Shown here one piece after another: positions 20,584 through 28,541 of a DNA stretch of 64,000 bases. Each line of letters begins with the position of its first letter. The stretch's first letter is position 1. The notes below the pieces were generated by a model that did no database searches, was not told the origin of the DNA, and worked only from the letters and a program-made list of their open reading frames with translations. Made by a program: the position numbers and the translations under genes. Source of the DNA: a virus (Duplodnaviria > Caudoviricetes); the IMG/VR virus record IMGVR_UViG_3300031867_000009, positions 71,307 to 135,306 of that record; one strand, 5' to 3'.

Positions 20584-20799
20584 ATGAAAAAAGTAGAAAA
20601 GATAGGCGAACTAAGGTTTTGTCTTGATGATTATAGAGATAGTATATATAATGAAAGTATTGATTTAATCTATAGTCTCTATGGTTCAGAGCCTGATGAA
20701 ATCCTATCTCTTGATATATTCCGCGGTTATTGTAGACAATTTGCCGCAGCCATGGGTTATAGCGAAAAAAATATTGATGAAGTGTTTGGAGAATGGTAA
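20584..20799 (+). CDS. Hypothetical protein
   Basis: Promoter plus AGAAAGGAG RBS. Confidence 0.7.
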   Translation: MKKVEKIGELRFCLDDYRDSIYNESIDLIYSLYGSEPDEILSLDIFRGYCRQFAAAMGYSEKNIDEVFGEW

Positions 20800-21101
20800 T
20801 GGGAACTACGCTACTCAAAGTTGATGAATGGAAATCCCCTTCCGGCCACTACTATGTCGCAGATGTCCATACATGGACGGGGTGGCGCGAGTGTGCAGAT
20901 GTCCTCGGAGCAGACACACTCGAAGATTATATTCATTTGCTCAAAACAAAGTATAAAGCTACCATTCATGGCACAATAGGCGTCGATGGTGAAGAACCAG
21001 CCAATGTATTGTTCAATTGGCCTGTTTCTGACTATAAGAACGCTCATCAGTTTAAGCTTGATGTTAATAGAATTGCCCGTAAGAAAAACTACTTAATATA
21101 G
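20793..21101 (+). CDS. Hypothetical protein
   Basis: 102-aa coupled ORF. Confidence 0.7.
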   Translation: MVMGTTLLKVDEWKSPSGHYYVADVHTWTGWRECADVLGADTLEDYIHLLKTKYKATIHGTIGVDGEEPANVLFNWPVSDYKNAHQFKLDVNRIARKKNYLI

Positions 21102-21113
21102 GAGAGTTTATCT

Positions 21114-21425
21114 ATGAGTAGAAGCTACAAGAAAAACCCTTACGTGACAGACCGTTCACAAGGAACAAAATATATGAAACGTATTGCTAACCGTACAGTG
21201 CGCCGGCGCATCAAAGATAACGAAGATATGCCCGCGCGTCTTCCGCATAAGAAGATGACGGAAAGCTGGGATATATGCGATTACAGATGGCGTATGACCA
21301 GAGAAGATGCAATCCATTGGTATAAGAATGAAATGGAGCATGAAGCATCAACTTATTTTAAAAAGCGTTATCCAACTCTTGAAGCTTGGCTCAAATACTG
21401 GGATAAATGCTATAGGAGAAAGTGA
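21114..21425 (+). CDS. Hypothetical basic protein
   Basis: MSRSYKKNP...KRIANR.VRR...SWDICDY; AGGAG RBS. Confidence 0.75.
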   Translation: MSRSYKKNPYVTDRSQGTKYMKRIANRTVRRRIKDNEDMPARLPHKKMTESWDICDYRWRMTREDAIHWYKNEMEHEASTYFKKRYPTLEAWLKYWDKCYRRK

Positions 21426-21652
21426 GACATAAGAATTTTTATTTTAATGATATATATTTAGGCACATTATATGAGAATGGCAGATTTGACTACATGGTTA
21501 ATTCTAACCATAGTCAAGATATGAATGTAGAATCTGTTGTTCACGTATTAGAAAGGATTAGGTTAATAGGATTACAAGATGACTTTGATTTTGACAGGTA
21601 TATCTTAAGTTATGACCAATCCATGTTTAAAGATGGATTTGAGTTTAAATAA
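21422..21652 (+). CDS. Hypothetical protein
   Basis: GTG start overlapping the upstream stop. Confidence 0.6.
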   Translation: MRHKNFYFNDIYLGTLYENGRFDYMVNSNHSQDMNVESVVHVLERIRLIGLQDDFDFDRYILSYDQSMFKDGFEFK

Positions 21653-21915
21653 GCGTGGGCTGGAGTTAAGTCATCCGAACACAAGCGGTCCCACCACTCG
21701 ATACGCGTGAGAGTCAAAAGTCGAGGAACTCCATGGGAAGTCCCCATGCCAGTGCGGGTTGGGCCGCACATAAGACCCCGTATGAGCATACGCAGTAGGC
21801 GCCCGCGCCGGTCTGCGGCGATAGGACGGGGCATATTTTTTGAATGGAACGTGTACGGCGACGGGATAACCGGCTGAGGGCGCACGTTGAAGTTGGAAGG
21901 GCGGGGCGCCAACTT
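21653..21915 (+). ncRNA. Putative structured ncRNA(s), unassigned
   Basis: GC-rich intergenic island with stems TGGAGTT/AACTCCA, CATGGG/CCCATG, GTGCGG/CCGCAC, AACGTG/CACGTT and AAGTTGG/CCAACTT. Confidence 0.5.
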
Positions 21916-21930
21916 ATTTTGGAGGTAATA

Positions 21931-22101
21931 ATGGATATAGAGATTAAAGATACTCCTTACAATGACCGCTATTGTGGAAATTGTAAGCATTGTGTAAAAA
22001 CTGAATTACGATACTGTTTGAAAAATCATGCGTTTGTTGCTAAGAATAAGTGGTGTACTGAATGGTGCGCTGAAGAACGCTTCAACAAATTTGAAAATTA
22101 G
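21931..22101 (+). CDS. Small Cys-rich protein
   Basis: GGAGGT RBS; CGNCKHC...C...WCTEW. Confidence 0.65.
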   Translation: MDIEIKDTPYNDRYCGNCKHCVKTELRYCLKNHAFVAKNKWCTEWCAEERFNKFEN

Positions 22102-22148
22102 TAAAATTTTTGCTATAATTATTATAGAAAGTGAGAGAGGTATTAATT

Positions 22149-22370
22149 ATGAGTTCAAACTTTTGGAAGTTCGCTTCAACACTAGAGAAAGAGTTTCACG
22201 TTCCATATGATAGGGACAGTGAAGTAGTTGCTTGTCCTGAGTGTAATGAGTTTATTGAGGGGGACAAATGGGAGTTTGAAGATTATACCTCTTACGACAG
22301 CGAGGGATATATAGTATATACTTGTCCGATATGCGGCTGCGTGCTTGTATGTCGACCAGTAGAAATCTGA
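22149..22370 (+). CDS. Zn-ribbon protein
   Basis: CPECNE...CPICG; follows a promoter. Confidence 0.7.
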   Translation: MSSNFWKFASTLEKEFHVPYDRDSEVVACPECNEFIEGDKWEFEDYTSYDSEGYIVYTCPICGCVLVCRPVEI

Positions 22371-22401
22371 CCTGGTCAGTGCGGCGTTGCAGGAGTATAA
22401 T

Positions 22402-23031
22402 ATGGCATATATTTATAAAATCACAAACAATATAAATCAAAAGGTTTATATTGGTCAAACAATTATGACTCCTGTACAGCGATGGCAAAAGCACAGGAGT
22501 GATGCAAAATTAAATAAACCCTATCCACTATATAGGGCTATGAATAAATATGGTATTGATAATTTTTCATTTGAAATTCTCGAAGAAGTAAAAGTTGAAG
22601 AATTAGATGAAAAAGAACGATATTATATTAATTTATATCATTCTTATATTAATTTTGAAAATAGTAATGGATACAATGCTACATTGGGTGGTAGTAAAGG
22701 TAATCATTACTTTAATCCTTGTATTAATGAAGTTATTGAATGTGCTCAATATATGACTATTAATCAATTAGCTAATCATTTTGGGGTTGGATATGCTACA
22801 ATGAAAAATTATTTACATAATTATAATATTCAACCACAAAAAGGTAGAACTGGTGGTGGAGATAAAAGTATTGCTCAAATAGATATAAATACAAATGAAA
22901 TCATTCAAATTTTTCCAAGCATTGCTGATGCTTCAAGATTTTTTGGTAAAATACCAAAAAATTCTGGCATTAGAGATGTATTAAAAGGAAAAAGAAAAAC
23001 TGCTTATGGATATAAGTGGAAGTATATATAA
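22402..23031 (+). CDS. GIY-YIG homing endonuclease with C-terminal NUMOD1-like domain
   Basis: YIYKITN.IN.KVYIGQT...RW..H...E...GYN.T.GG; C-terminal FPSIADASR...RKTAYGYKWKY; AT-rich. Confidence 0.9.
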   Translation: MAYIYKITNNINQKVYIGQTIMTPVQRWQKHRSDAKLNKPYPLYRAMNKYGIDNFSFEILEEVKVEELDEKERYYINLYHSYINFENSNGYNATLGGSKGNHYFNPCINEVIECAQYMTINQLANHFGVGYATMKNYLHNYNIQPQKGRTGGGDKSIAQIDINTNEIIQIFPSIADASRFFGKIPKNSGIRDVLKGKRKTAYGYKWKYI

Positions 23032-23188
23032 CAAAAATTTTATAATAGTATATTTTATCGGTAAGTTACCGTTATTTGACCACACCAGCGCGGCGATGCA
23101 GAAAGGTCGTTAAAAACAGGGCTGCCGCATCTAAAAAAAGAGTGGCTCGACCCACTGCTGCATAGCGGAGGGCCCAGAGCTTCTTCTT

Positions 23189-23255
23189 GGGATTGTATCT
23201 GCGGAGAAAGGATTAGCGTCAGCTAGTTTAGGGAGTTCGAACCTTCCCAATCCCA
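23189..23255 (+). ncRNA. tRNA-like element lacking a normal anticodon loop
   Basis: 7-bp acceptor GGGATTG/CAATCCC; T-arm GGGAG-TTCGAAC-CTTCC; central stem TTAGC/GCTAG with 4-nt loop GTCA; no CCA after the discriminator. Confidence 0.6.
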
Positions 23256-23259
23256 TCTA

Positions 23260-23760
23260 TTGTCGGACGGCTACCGACGTTAAATAAGGCACAGCGTTAG
23301 CATTGATTTGGTAGTTACACTACAGCGAAGGCCGGTTACATGGGAGAATAAGGAAACGGCAATGTGCTGCTTAGGAACAAACGCTATATCAAAGAGGTCA
23401 AGAAAATTACCCTCCCTATTTATTTCGTAGGTAGACAAGCATTAAAAGTCACTAAGACAATAGGAGCCCTTGTAGTGGAAAGCAGTGGGGAGACACCACA
23501 GAAGGCGGCGGTGGACGGACAGAAGCTATATGCCAGACACAAATCCGCGTAAGCTACCTCAGTTACGAGTCGTTGAATCCACGTGGGATGCGCGTGATTG
23601 AAACTGCACGCCCTACGATTATATAGTTAATGCAGGACATAAGGGCCTGAGGTTGGCGGGCAACGATAAAATCCGAAACTGATGCAGACCTCTGCGCGCC
23701 TCTTAGGGGTAAGTCATTATGACGAAGCTTCCCTTACGCGTACCAGGCAGAGGTTGTTTT
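23260..23760 (+). ncRNA. Putative structured ncRNA region, unassigned
   Basis: ORF-poor; a domain closed by TCGTAGG (about 23426) and CCTACGA (about 23612); terminal hairpin GACCTCTGC...GCAGAGGTT plus T-tract. Confidence 0.5.
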
Positions 23761-23834
23761 ATAGGTGAATTGTGTATGCGGCCGCCCATGTTTATACATG
23801 GACGACCGCGCGCACGTATATGAAAGGCAAAGAC

Positions 23835-24059
23835 ATGAATTGGAATCGGATAGCACATGCTCCAATATGGGTATGGGGTGAATTAGTATGGTATTTTAAA
23901 TGGTGGGTTTGCGTTATTATAATGTTTTTTCACAAACTCTATGATTTTGGAGAGTGGATTTTAGATATAAATGTTAAACTCATTAATGCACATGACCAGT
24001 TTTGGGATGAGATTGATTATAAAATAGACCATTGGGGTGATTGGAATGAGTTGGATTAA
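23835..24059 (+). CDS. Hypothetical Trp-rich membrane protein
   Basis: GAAAGG RBS before ATG 23835; hydrophobic segment. Confidence 0.55.
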   Translation: MNWNRIAHAPIWVWGELVWYFKWWVCVIIMFFHKLYDFGEWILDINVKLINAHDQFWDEIDYKIDHWGDWNELD

Positions 24060-24240
24060 AACACAAGAAGGATATATACGACAAGATGCAATTATTGATG
24101 CACATATTTCGCGTTATTATCCACAAACAATATTTTTTCGTTTGAGTTGTGGAGATGTGGTAAAGTTTTATGATTTTAAAACTCCTGAAGCCGCGCAGAC
24201 AGCTTTAGAAAAAGTTATAGATGAATTAGATAGCGAGTAA
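24046..24240 (+). CDS. Hypothetical protein
   Basis: MSWIKTQEGYI...; stop codon lies inside the first bases of tRNA-Ser. Confidence 0.6.
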   Translation: MSWIKTQEGYIRQDAIIDAHISRYYPQTIFFRLSCGDVVKFYDFKTPEAAQTALEKVIDELDSE

Positions 24241-24319
24241 TGGCGTAATGGTATCGCACCGCACTGCTAATGCGGCCAACCGAGAGGTTGTCTGAGTTCG
24301 ATTCTCAGTTACTCGGCCA
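24234..24319 (+). tRNA. tRNA-Ser(GCT)
   Basis: Cloverleaf, loop CTGCTAA, long variable arm, GCCA end. Confidence 0.92.
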
Positions 24320-24357
24320 AGCTAGTTATATTAAAGGATTAAAGGAGAAAAAATTTT

Positions 24358-24912
24358 ATGGCAATTTTAAAACTGTCTGCCCCATGGCACACTTATTACA
24401 AGGAGTTAAACGAGTTATTTAAGTTTGATGATGAAGTTCGTATTGTGTATGATACTGATGAACAAATCATTAACATCTACGTTGAGAGTACTGCAAAAGC
24501 TGATGCAATGGCCGCAGTATTACCAACTGAAAAAGAATTTGGTGCTATAACAGTTCAAATCAATGTTATTCCAGCAAACCCAACTTTTAAAAAGGCTAAA
24601 AGCGTTAGAGGTTCACTTTACGAAGATTTATTCCGCGGCAATCCAATTGTTGATGATATCGTGACAATTGAAGGGGTAATGACAAATCCAATTACTTATG
24701 TAATCTTTAAGAAAGAAGTTGTTCAGTATTACAATGATAGTCTTTCTGATGCACATGGTATGTGTTCTACTCTATATCAGGATATTGCAAGTAGAGTTCT
24801 TGATGCGGGTGAGGGTATTTTCTTCTGTACGAATAGTACTATAGGTAGTTTAACTTGTAAAATACCTAATAATTATACTATTACTGCTTCAAGCTCATAT
24901 ACAACAATGTAG
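24358..24912 (+). CDS. Conserved-looking phage hypothetical protein
   Basis: 184 aa; AAAGGAG RBS. Confidence 0.8.
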   Translation: MAILKLSAPWHTYYKELNELFKFDDEVRIVYDTDEQIINIYVESTAKADAMAAVLPTEKEFGAITVQINVIPANPTFKKAKSVRGSLYEDLFRGNPIVDDIVTIEGVMTNPITYVIFKKEVVQYYNDSLSDAHGMCSTLYQDIASRVLDAGEGIFFCTNSTIGSLTCKIPNNYTITASSSYTTM

Positions 24913-24922
24913 GGAGTAGTCA

Positions 24923-26194
24923 ATGGAACAGAAAATAATTCAGATACAAGAGAGGGTGCCACTTCAAAAGGGCATCCCTCTTTCCATACAGCATACCTTT
25001 GCGATGTTTAGCGCATCGGTTCTTGTACCTTACATATTAGGTATCAATCCATCAATTGCTTTACTTATGAACGGAATAGGCACACTTCTATTCATACTCA
25101 TAACGAAGGGCCGCGCACCAGCGTATTTAGGTTCGTCTTTCGCATTCATATCACCAGCTTTATTAGTTATCTCAAACGAAGCTTTAGGCTATAGATATGC
25201 ACTTGGTGGCTTTGTAGTAACTGGTCTGTTGATGTGCGCCGTAGCTATACTTATAAAGTTTGTAGGTACTAAATGGATAGACATTGTACTTCCACCCGCG
25301 GCAATGGGTCCGGTGGTCGCATTGATAGGTCTTGAACTTGCCGGTAGTGCTGCACAAACCGGTGGACTCATGGATAGCACCGGCGCGATGGTAAGTGATA
25401 TCGACCCGAAAGTCGTAATCGTATTCTTCGTCACGCTACTTCTTGCTATGTTTGGCGGTATACTCTATCGTGGCTTTATGAGTGCAATTGCCATACTCAT
25501 TTCAATTGTAGTGGGTTATGTACTTGCTCTATGTCTTGGAATGGTAGATTTTTCTGCAATCAGTTCTACAAGTTGGTTTGCTCGTCCAGCCTTTCAGACA
25601 CCACAATGGAGTTGGCAAGCGATTGTAATTATAATTCCTGCTACACTTGTAGTAGTCTCTGAACACATTGGACACCAGGTCGTCACGTCAGAAGTTGTAG
25701 GTAAAGACCTTCTTAAAGACCCAGGTCTTCATCGTTCAATGTTTGCAGATGGTTTTTCAACAGCTTTATCTGGTCTTTGTGGCTCTTGTCCTACCACCAC
25801 ATATGGCGAAAACATCGGAGTAATGGCAATTACAAAGGTGTATAGCGTTTGGGTTATCGGAGGTGCCGCAGCATTTTCCATACTGCTTTCCTTCATTGGT
25901 AAAGCTTCTATGCTTATTCAGACTATCCCAGGTCCAGTCATGGGCGGAGTTAGCTTCTTACTCTATGGTATGATTGGAGCATCAGGTATCAGATTAATGG
26001 TAGATTCTAAAATTGATTATTCCAAAGCTAAAAATCTTATGATGACATCAGTTGTATTTGTCGTAGGTCTTTCTGGTGTCGCCATCAATTTAGGAAGTTG
26101 TCAGCTGACAGGTATGAGTCTTGCTGCCGTAACAGGAATGATTCTAGGATTTATTACATATCTATTAGATAAATTTAAACTTACAAATCAATAA
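24923..26194 (+). CDS. uraA: Uracil permease (NCS2/NAT family), auxiliary metabolic gene
   Basis: QH.FAMF, PAYLGSSFAFI, EHIGH, TTYGENIGVMAITKVYS signature and PVMGGV..LLYGMI; many transmembrane segments. Confidence 0.95.
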   Translation: MEQKIIQIQERVPLQKGIPLSIQHTFAMFSASVLVPYILGINPSIALLMNGIGTLLFILITKGRAPAYLGSSFAFISPALLVISNEALGYRYALGGFVVTGLLMCAVAILIKFVGTKWIDIVLPPAAMGPVVALIGLELAGSAAQTGGLMDSTGAMVSDIDPKVVIVFFVTLLLAMFGGILYRGFMSAIAILISIVVGYVLALCLGMVDFSAISSTSWFARPAFQTPQWSWQAIVIIIPATLVVVSEHIGHQVVTSEVVGKDLLKDPGLHRSMFADGFSTALSGLCGSCPTTTYGENIGVMAITKVYSVWVIGGAAAFSILLSFIGKASMLIQTIPGPVMGGVSFLLYGMIGASGIRLMVDSKIDYSKAKNLMMTSVVFVVGLSGVAINLGSCQLTGMSLAAVTGMILGFITYLLDKFKLTNQ

Positions 26195-26195
26195 T

Positions 26196-26224
26196 TTGAA
26201 ATTTTTTGAAAATTCTTTTATAAT
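26196..26224 (+). promoter_or_regulatory. Sigma-A promoter of the tRNA array leader
   Basis: TTGAAA-N17-TATAAT. Confidence 0.8.
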
Positions 26225-26298
26225 ATATATAGAAAGTTGAAGAGAGGATATTTAAAAAGTCCACTTAAAAATACAAGCAAATACAAAGGAGAAAAATA

Positions 26299-26421
26299 AT
26301 GTTTAAGTCGTTTGCATGGAATTTGAATAGAGTCGAAGAGGTTATCATAGATAGCCTGGTTTCATGCGCCCCTATTACAGGAAAATTCTATGGTAGGGAT
26401 AAAAGGGTAATACCGATTTAG
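26299..26421 (+). CDS. Putative 40-aa leader peptide (MFKSFAWNLNRVEEVIIDSLVSCAPITGKFYGRDKRVIPI)
   Basis: AAAGGAG RBS; ATG 26299 to TAG 26421; last codons overlap the antiterminator arm. Confidence 0.7.
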   Translation: MFKSFAWNLNRVEEVIIDSLVSCAPITGKFYGRDKRVIPI

Positions 26422-26483
26422 CATTATTTTCTATAAGTGTAATGTATAAGCGGTATTACTCAAAGTGGGTAATACCGCTTTTT
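26405..26483 (+). promoter_or_regulatory. Attenuator: antiterminator arm (26405-26418) and intrinsic terminator (26448-26483)
   Basis: GGGTAATACCG occurs at 26405 and 26467; both copies can pair with CGGTATTACTC (26451-26461); the T-tract ends 6 nt before tRNA-Glu. Confidence 0.75.
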
Positions 26484-26489
26484 AAATGT

Positions 26490-26566
26490 GGTGGTATAGT
26501 GGAACTGGTCAACACGTCGGCCCTTCACGCCGAAGAGTCTGGGTTCAAACCCCAGTACCATCACCA
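26490..26566 (+). tRNA. tRNA-Glu(TTC)
   Basis: Cloverleaf, loop CCTTCAC (C at position 33), ACCA end. Confidence 0.88.
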
Positions 26567-26570
26567 ACAT

Positions 26571-26645
26571 GGTCGCATCGTCTAATGGTTAGGACAATAG
26601 ATTCTCAGTCTATAAATCAGAGTTCGACTCTCTGTGCGATTACCA
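26571..26645 (+). tRNA. tRNA-Glu(CTC)
   Basis: Cloverleaf, loop TTCTCAG, ACCA. Confidence 0.92.
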
Positions 26646-26650
26646 AATAT

Positions 26651-26724
26651 AGGGATATAATTCAGCGGTAGAATGGCTGACTCTTAATCAGTTCACTTGG
26701 GTTCGATTCCCAGTATCCCTACCA
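26651..26724 (+). tRNA. tRNA-Lys(CTT)
   Basis: Cloverleaf, loop CTCTTAA, ACCA. Confidence 0.92.
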
Positions 26725-26727
26725 CAT

Positions 26728-26802
26728 GGTCTATTAGTATAACGGTTATTATATTCGGTTGTCAGCCGAGAGACAAGGGTTCAACTCCCTTATAGACCGC
26801 CA
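26728..26802 (+). tRNA. tRNA-Asp(GTC)
   Basis: Cloverleaf, loop TTGTCAG, GCCA. Confidence 0.92.
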
Positions 26803-26807
26803 TTTAT

Positions 26808-26884
26808 GCCTTATTAGCCCAATTGGTAGAGGCACTAGTCTTAGGAACTAGTCAGTGTGGGTTCGAATCCCACGTAAGGCACCA
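26808..26884 (+). tRNA. tRNA-Leu(TAG), short variable arm
   Basis: Cloverleaf, loop CTTAGGA, ACCA. Confidence 0.9.
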
Positions 26885-26969
26885 CTAGGAAGCAGGACAT
26901 CAAGTCCTAAAACGCTCGCCGCGAAAGGAGCCAAAAGATGCTGTGGGAAACTTGAGCATTGGAAGTTAT

Positions 26970-27046
26970 CTACGTGTGGCGCAGTTTGGTAGCGCGTCTG
27001 ATTTGGGATCAGAAGGCCGTGGGTTCAAATCCCACCTCGTAGACCA
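26970..27046 (+). tRNA. tRNA-Pro(TGG)
   Basis: Cloverleaf, loop TTTGGGA, ACCA. Confidence 0.93.
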
Positions 27047-27049
27047 TAT

Positions 27050-27125
27050 GCAGTAGTAGTTCAGTAGGTAGAACGCCACCTTGCCAAGGTGGAGGCCATG
27101 GGTTCGAGACCCATTTACTGCTCCA
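27050..27125 (+). tRNA. tRNA-Gly(GCC)
   Basis: Cloverleaf, loop TTGCCAA, TCCA. Confidence 0.93.
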
Positions 27126-27126
27126 T

Positions 27127-27200
27127 GTATCGTTAGTGTAGCGGCAACATCACGGTCTTCCAAACCGTGGTCATGGGTTCAAATCCCATACGATACTCCA
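27127..27200 (+). tRNA. tRNA-Gly(TCC)
   Basis: Cloverleaf, loop CTTCCAA, TCCA. Confidence 0.93.
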
Positions 27201-27204
27201 ATAG

Positions 27205-27293
27205 GGAGGGTTGGCCGAGTGGTCGAAGGCGCTAGTCTTGAAAACTAGAAGGTGTAACAGCCTCGCGGGTTCAAATCCACGCACCCTCCTCCA
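27205..27293 (+). tRNA. tRNA-Ser(TGA)
   Basis: Cloverleaf, loop CTTGAAA, long variable arm, TCCA. Confidence 0.9.
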
Positions 27294-27294
27294 T

Positions 27295-27368
27295 ACTCCT
27301 ATAATTCAATGGTAGAATAGGCGACTTTTAATCGTCTTATCCCAGTTCAACTCTGGGTGGGAGTACCA
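27295..27368 (+). tRNA. tRNA-Lys(TTT)
   Basis: Cloverleaf, loop CTTTTAA, ACCA. Confidence 0.92.
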
Positions 27369-27470
27369 TTTTACGAAAATTACTTCAAGGTTATGTTTTA
27401 TGGTTTAATTTTATAAAGTATAATAAGTTAATTTCTACTTATATATAGAAACATAAGGAGGAATTATAAT

Positions 27471-28130
27471 ATGATTGGAACAGAACGTAGACAAGAATTG
27501 ATTAAAAAACGTGGTAATAGGTGCGAATGTTGTGGATTAACTGAGTGGTTAGGAAGTCCAATCAAATTAGAAATACATCATTTAGATGGGAATAGAAAAA
27601 ATGATAGTGAAGATAATTTACAAATATTATGTCCTAATTGTCATTCTTATACCGATAATCACTCAAAAAATTTATTTAAACATACTATTACAGATGAAGA
27701 ATTGATTATTTTATTGCAACAATCATCTAATATTCATCAAGCATTGATTCAAGCAAATTTATCTACTGCGGGGGCAAATTATGATAGGGCTCGTCGTTTG
27801 ATAATTGAAAATAATATAGAACATTTATACATAGATGGAAATAAACAATATATAAAAACAGAATTAGTTAATCATTGTATAGATTGTGGTAAAACTATAG
27901 ATGGACGTTCTACTCGATGTAAAGAGTGCGCAGATAAACATAAGCAAGTAGCGAATTGGCCAGAACGTGAAGACTTTAAACAACTTATTCGTACAACCTC
28001 TTTTGCAGAAATAGGTAGACAATTTGGGGTATCTGGCGCTGCGGTAGCTAAATGGGCAAAACGTTGTAGTTTACCATATCGTAAAAAAGATATAAATAAG
28101 TATAGTGATGAAGAATGGGCAAAATTATAA
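27471..28130 (+). CDS. HNH homing endonuclease inserted in the tRNA array
   Basis: CECCG...LEIHHLDGNRKND...NLQILCPNCHS, a second Zn knuckle and a C-terminal HTH. Confidence 0.9.
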   Translation: MIGTERRQELIKKRGNRCECCGLTEWLGSPIKLEIHHLDGNRKNDSEDNLQILCPNCHSYTDNHSKNLFKHTITDEELIILLQQSSNIHQALIQANLSTAGANYDRARRLIIENNIEHLYIDGNKQYIKTELVNHCIDCGKTIDGRSTRCKECADKHKQVANWPEREDFKQLIRTTSFAEIGRQFGVSGAAVAKWAKRCSLPYRKKDINKYSDEEWAKL

Positions 28131-28142
28131 TTTTGTCTATAT

Positions 28143-28217
28143 ACCCCATTAGCTTAATGGATAGAGTATCCGGCTACGAACCGGCAGATAAGCGTTCGAA
28201 TCGCTTATGGGGTACCA
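28143..28217 (+). tRNA. tRNA-Arg(ACG)
   Basis: Cloverleaf, loop CTACGAA, ACCA. Confidence 0.92.
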
Positions 28218-28221
28218 TTAT

Positions 28222-28298
28222 GGGTTACTATCCCAATCGGTAGAGGAAGTAGGCTCAAACCCTATAAAGTTTCGGTTCGAATCCGAAGTGACCCACCA
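28222..28298 (+). tRNA. tRNA-Leu(CAA), short variable arm
   Basis: Cloverleaf, loop CTCAAAC, ACCA. Confidence 0.9.
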
Positions 28299-28302
28299 AT
28301 AT

Positions 28303-28379
28303 GCACCCTTAGCTCATTAGGTTAGAGCACTGTGCTGATAACGCAGAGGTGCTTGGTTCAAATCCAAGAGGGTGTACCA
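28303..28379 (+). tRNA. tRNA-Ile(GAT)
   Basis: Cloverleaf, loop CTGATAA, ACCA. Confidence 0.93.
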
Positions 28380-28382
28380 TAT

Positions 28383-28458
28383 GCAGAATTAACTCAGTTG
28401 GGAGAGTGCATCCCTTACAAGGATGAAGTCAGAGGTTCAAGCCCTCTATTCTGCACCA
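28383..28458 (+). tRNA. tRNA-Val(TAC)
   Basis: Cloverleaf, loop CTTACAA, ACCA. Confidence 0.93.
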
Positions 28459-28463
28459 CTTAT

Positions 28464-28538
28464 GGGCTGGTAGTTAAATGGGATAACACCTCGCTTGCAC
28501 CGAGGAGTTCTGGGTTCGATTCCCAGTCGGGTCCACCA
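28464..28538 (+). tRNA. tRNA-Ala(TGC)
   Basis: Cloverleaf, loop CTTGCAC, G3:U70 pair, one extra G in the 3' acceptor strand, ACCA. Confidence 0.9.
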
Positions 28539-28541
28539 TAT

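Noticed and set aside
21720-21790. RNase P RNA (GAGGAACTCC resembles the P4 5' strand)
   Set aside because: No matching 3' P4 strand; the segment pairs locally with TGGAGTT and CCCATG instead.
22402-23031. Group I intron around the GIY-YIG gene
   Set aside because: No interrupted host gene and no recognisable P7 core in the flanks; treated as free-standing.
23260-23330. Pistol ribozyme (hairpin followed by TTAAATA)
   Set aside because: The loop has no full downstream pseudoknot partner and the conserved GCG/GU arrangement is missing.
26399-26483. T-box riboswitch (AAAAGGGTAATACCG resembles GGGTGGTACCGCG)
   Set aside because: The UGGN bulge needed to pair with tRNA NCCA is TAAT here, the arm pairs without a bulge, and I see no Stem I or specifier loop. 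A leader ORF explains the region better.
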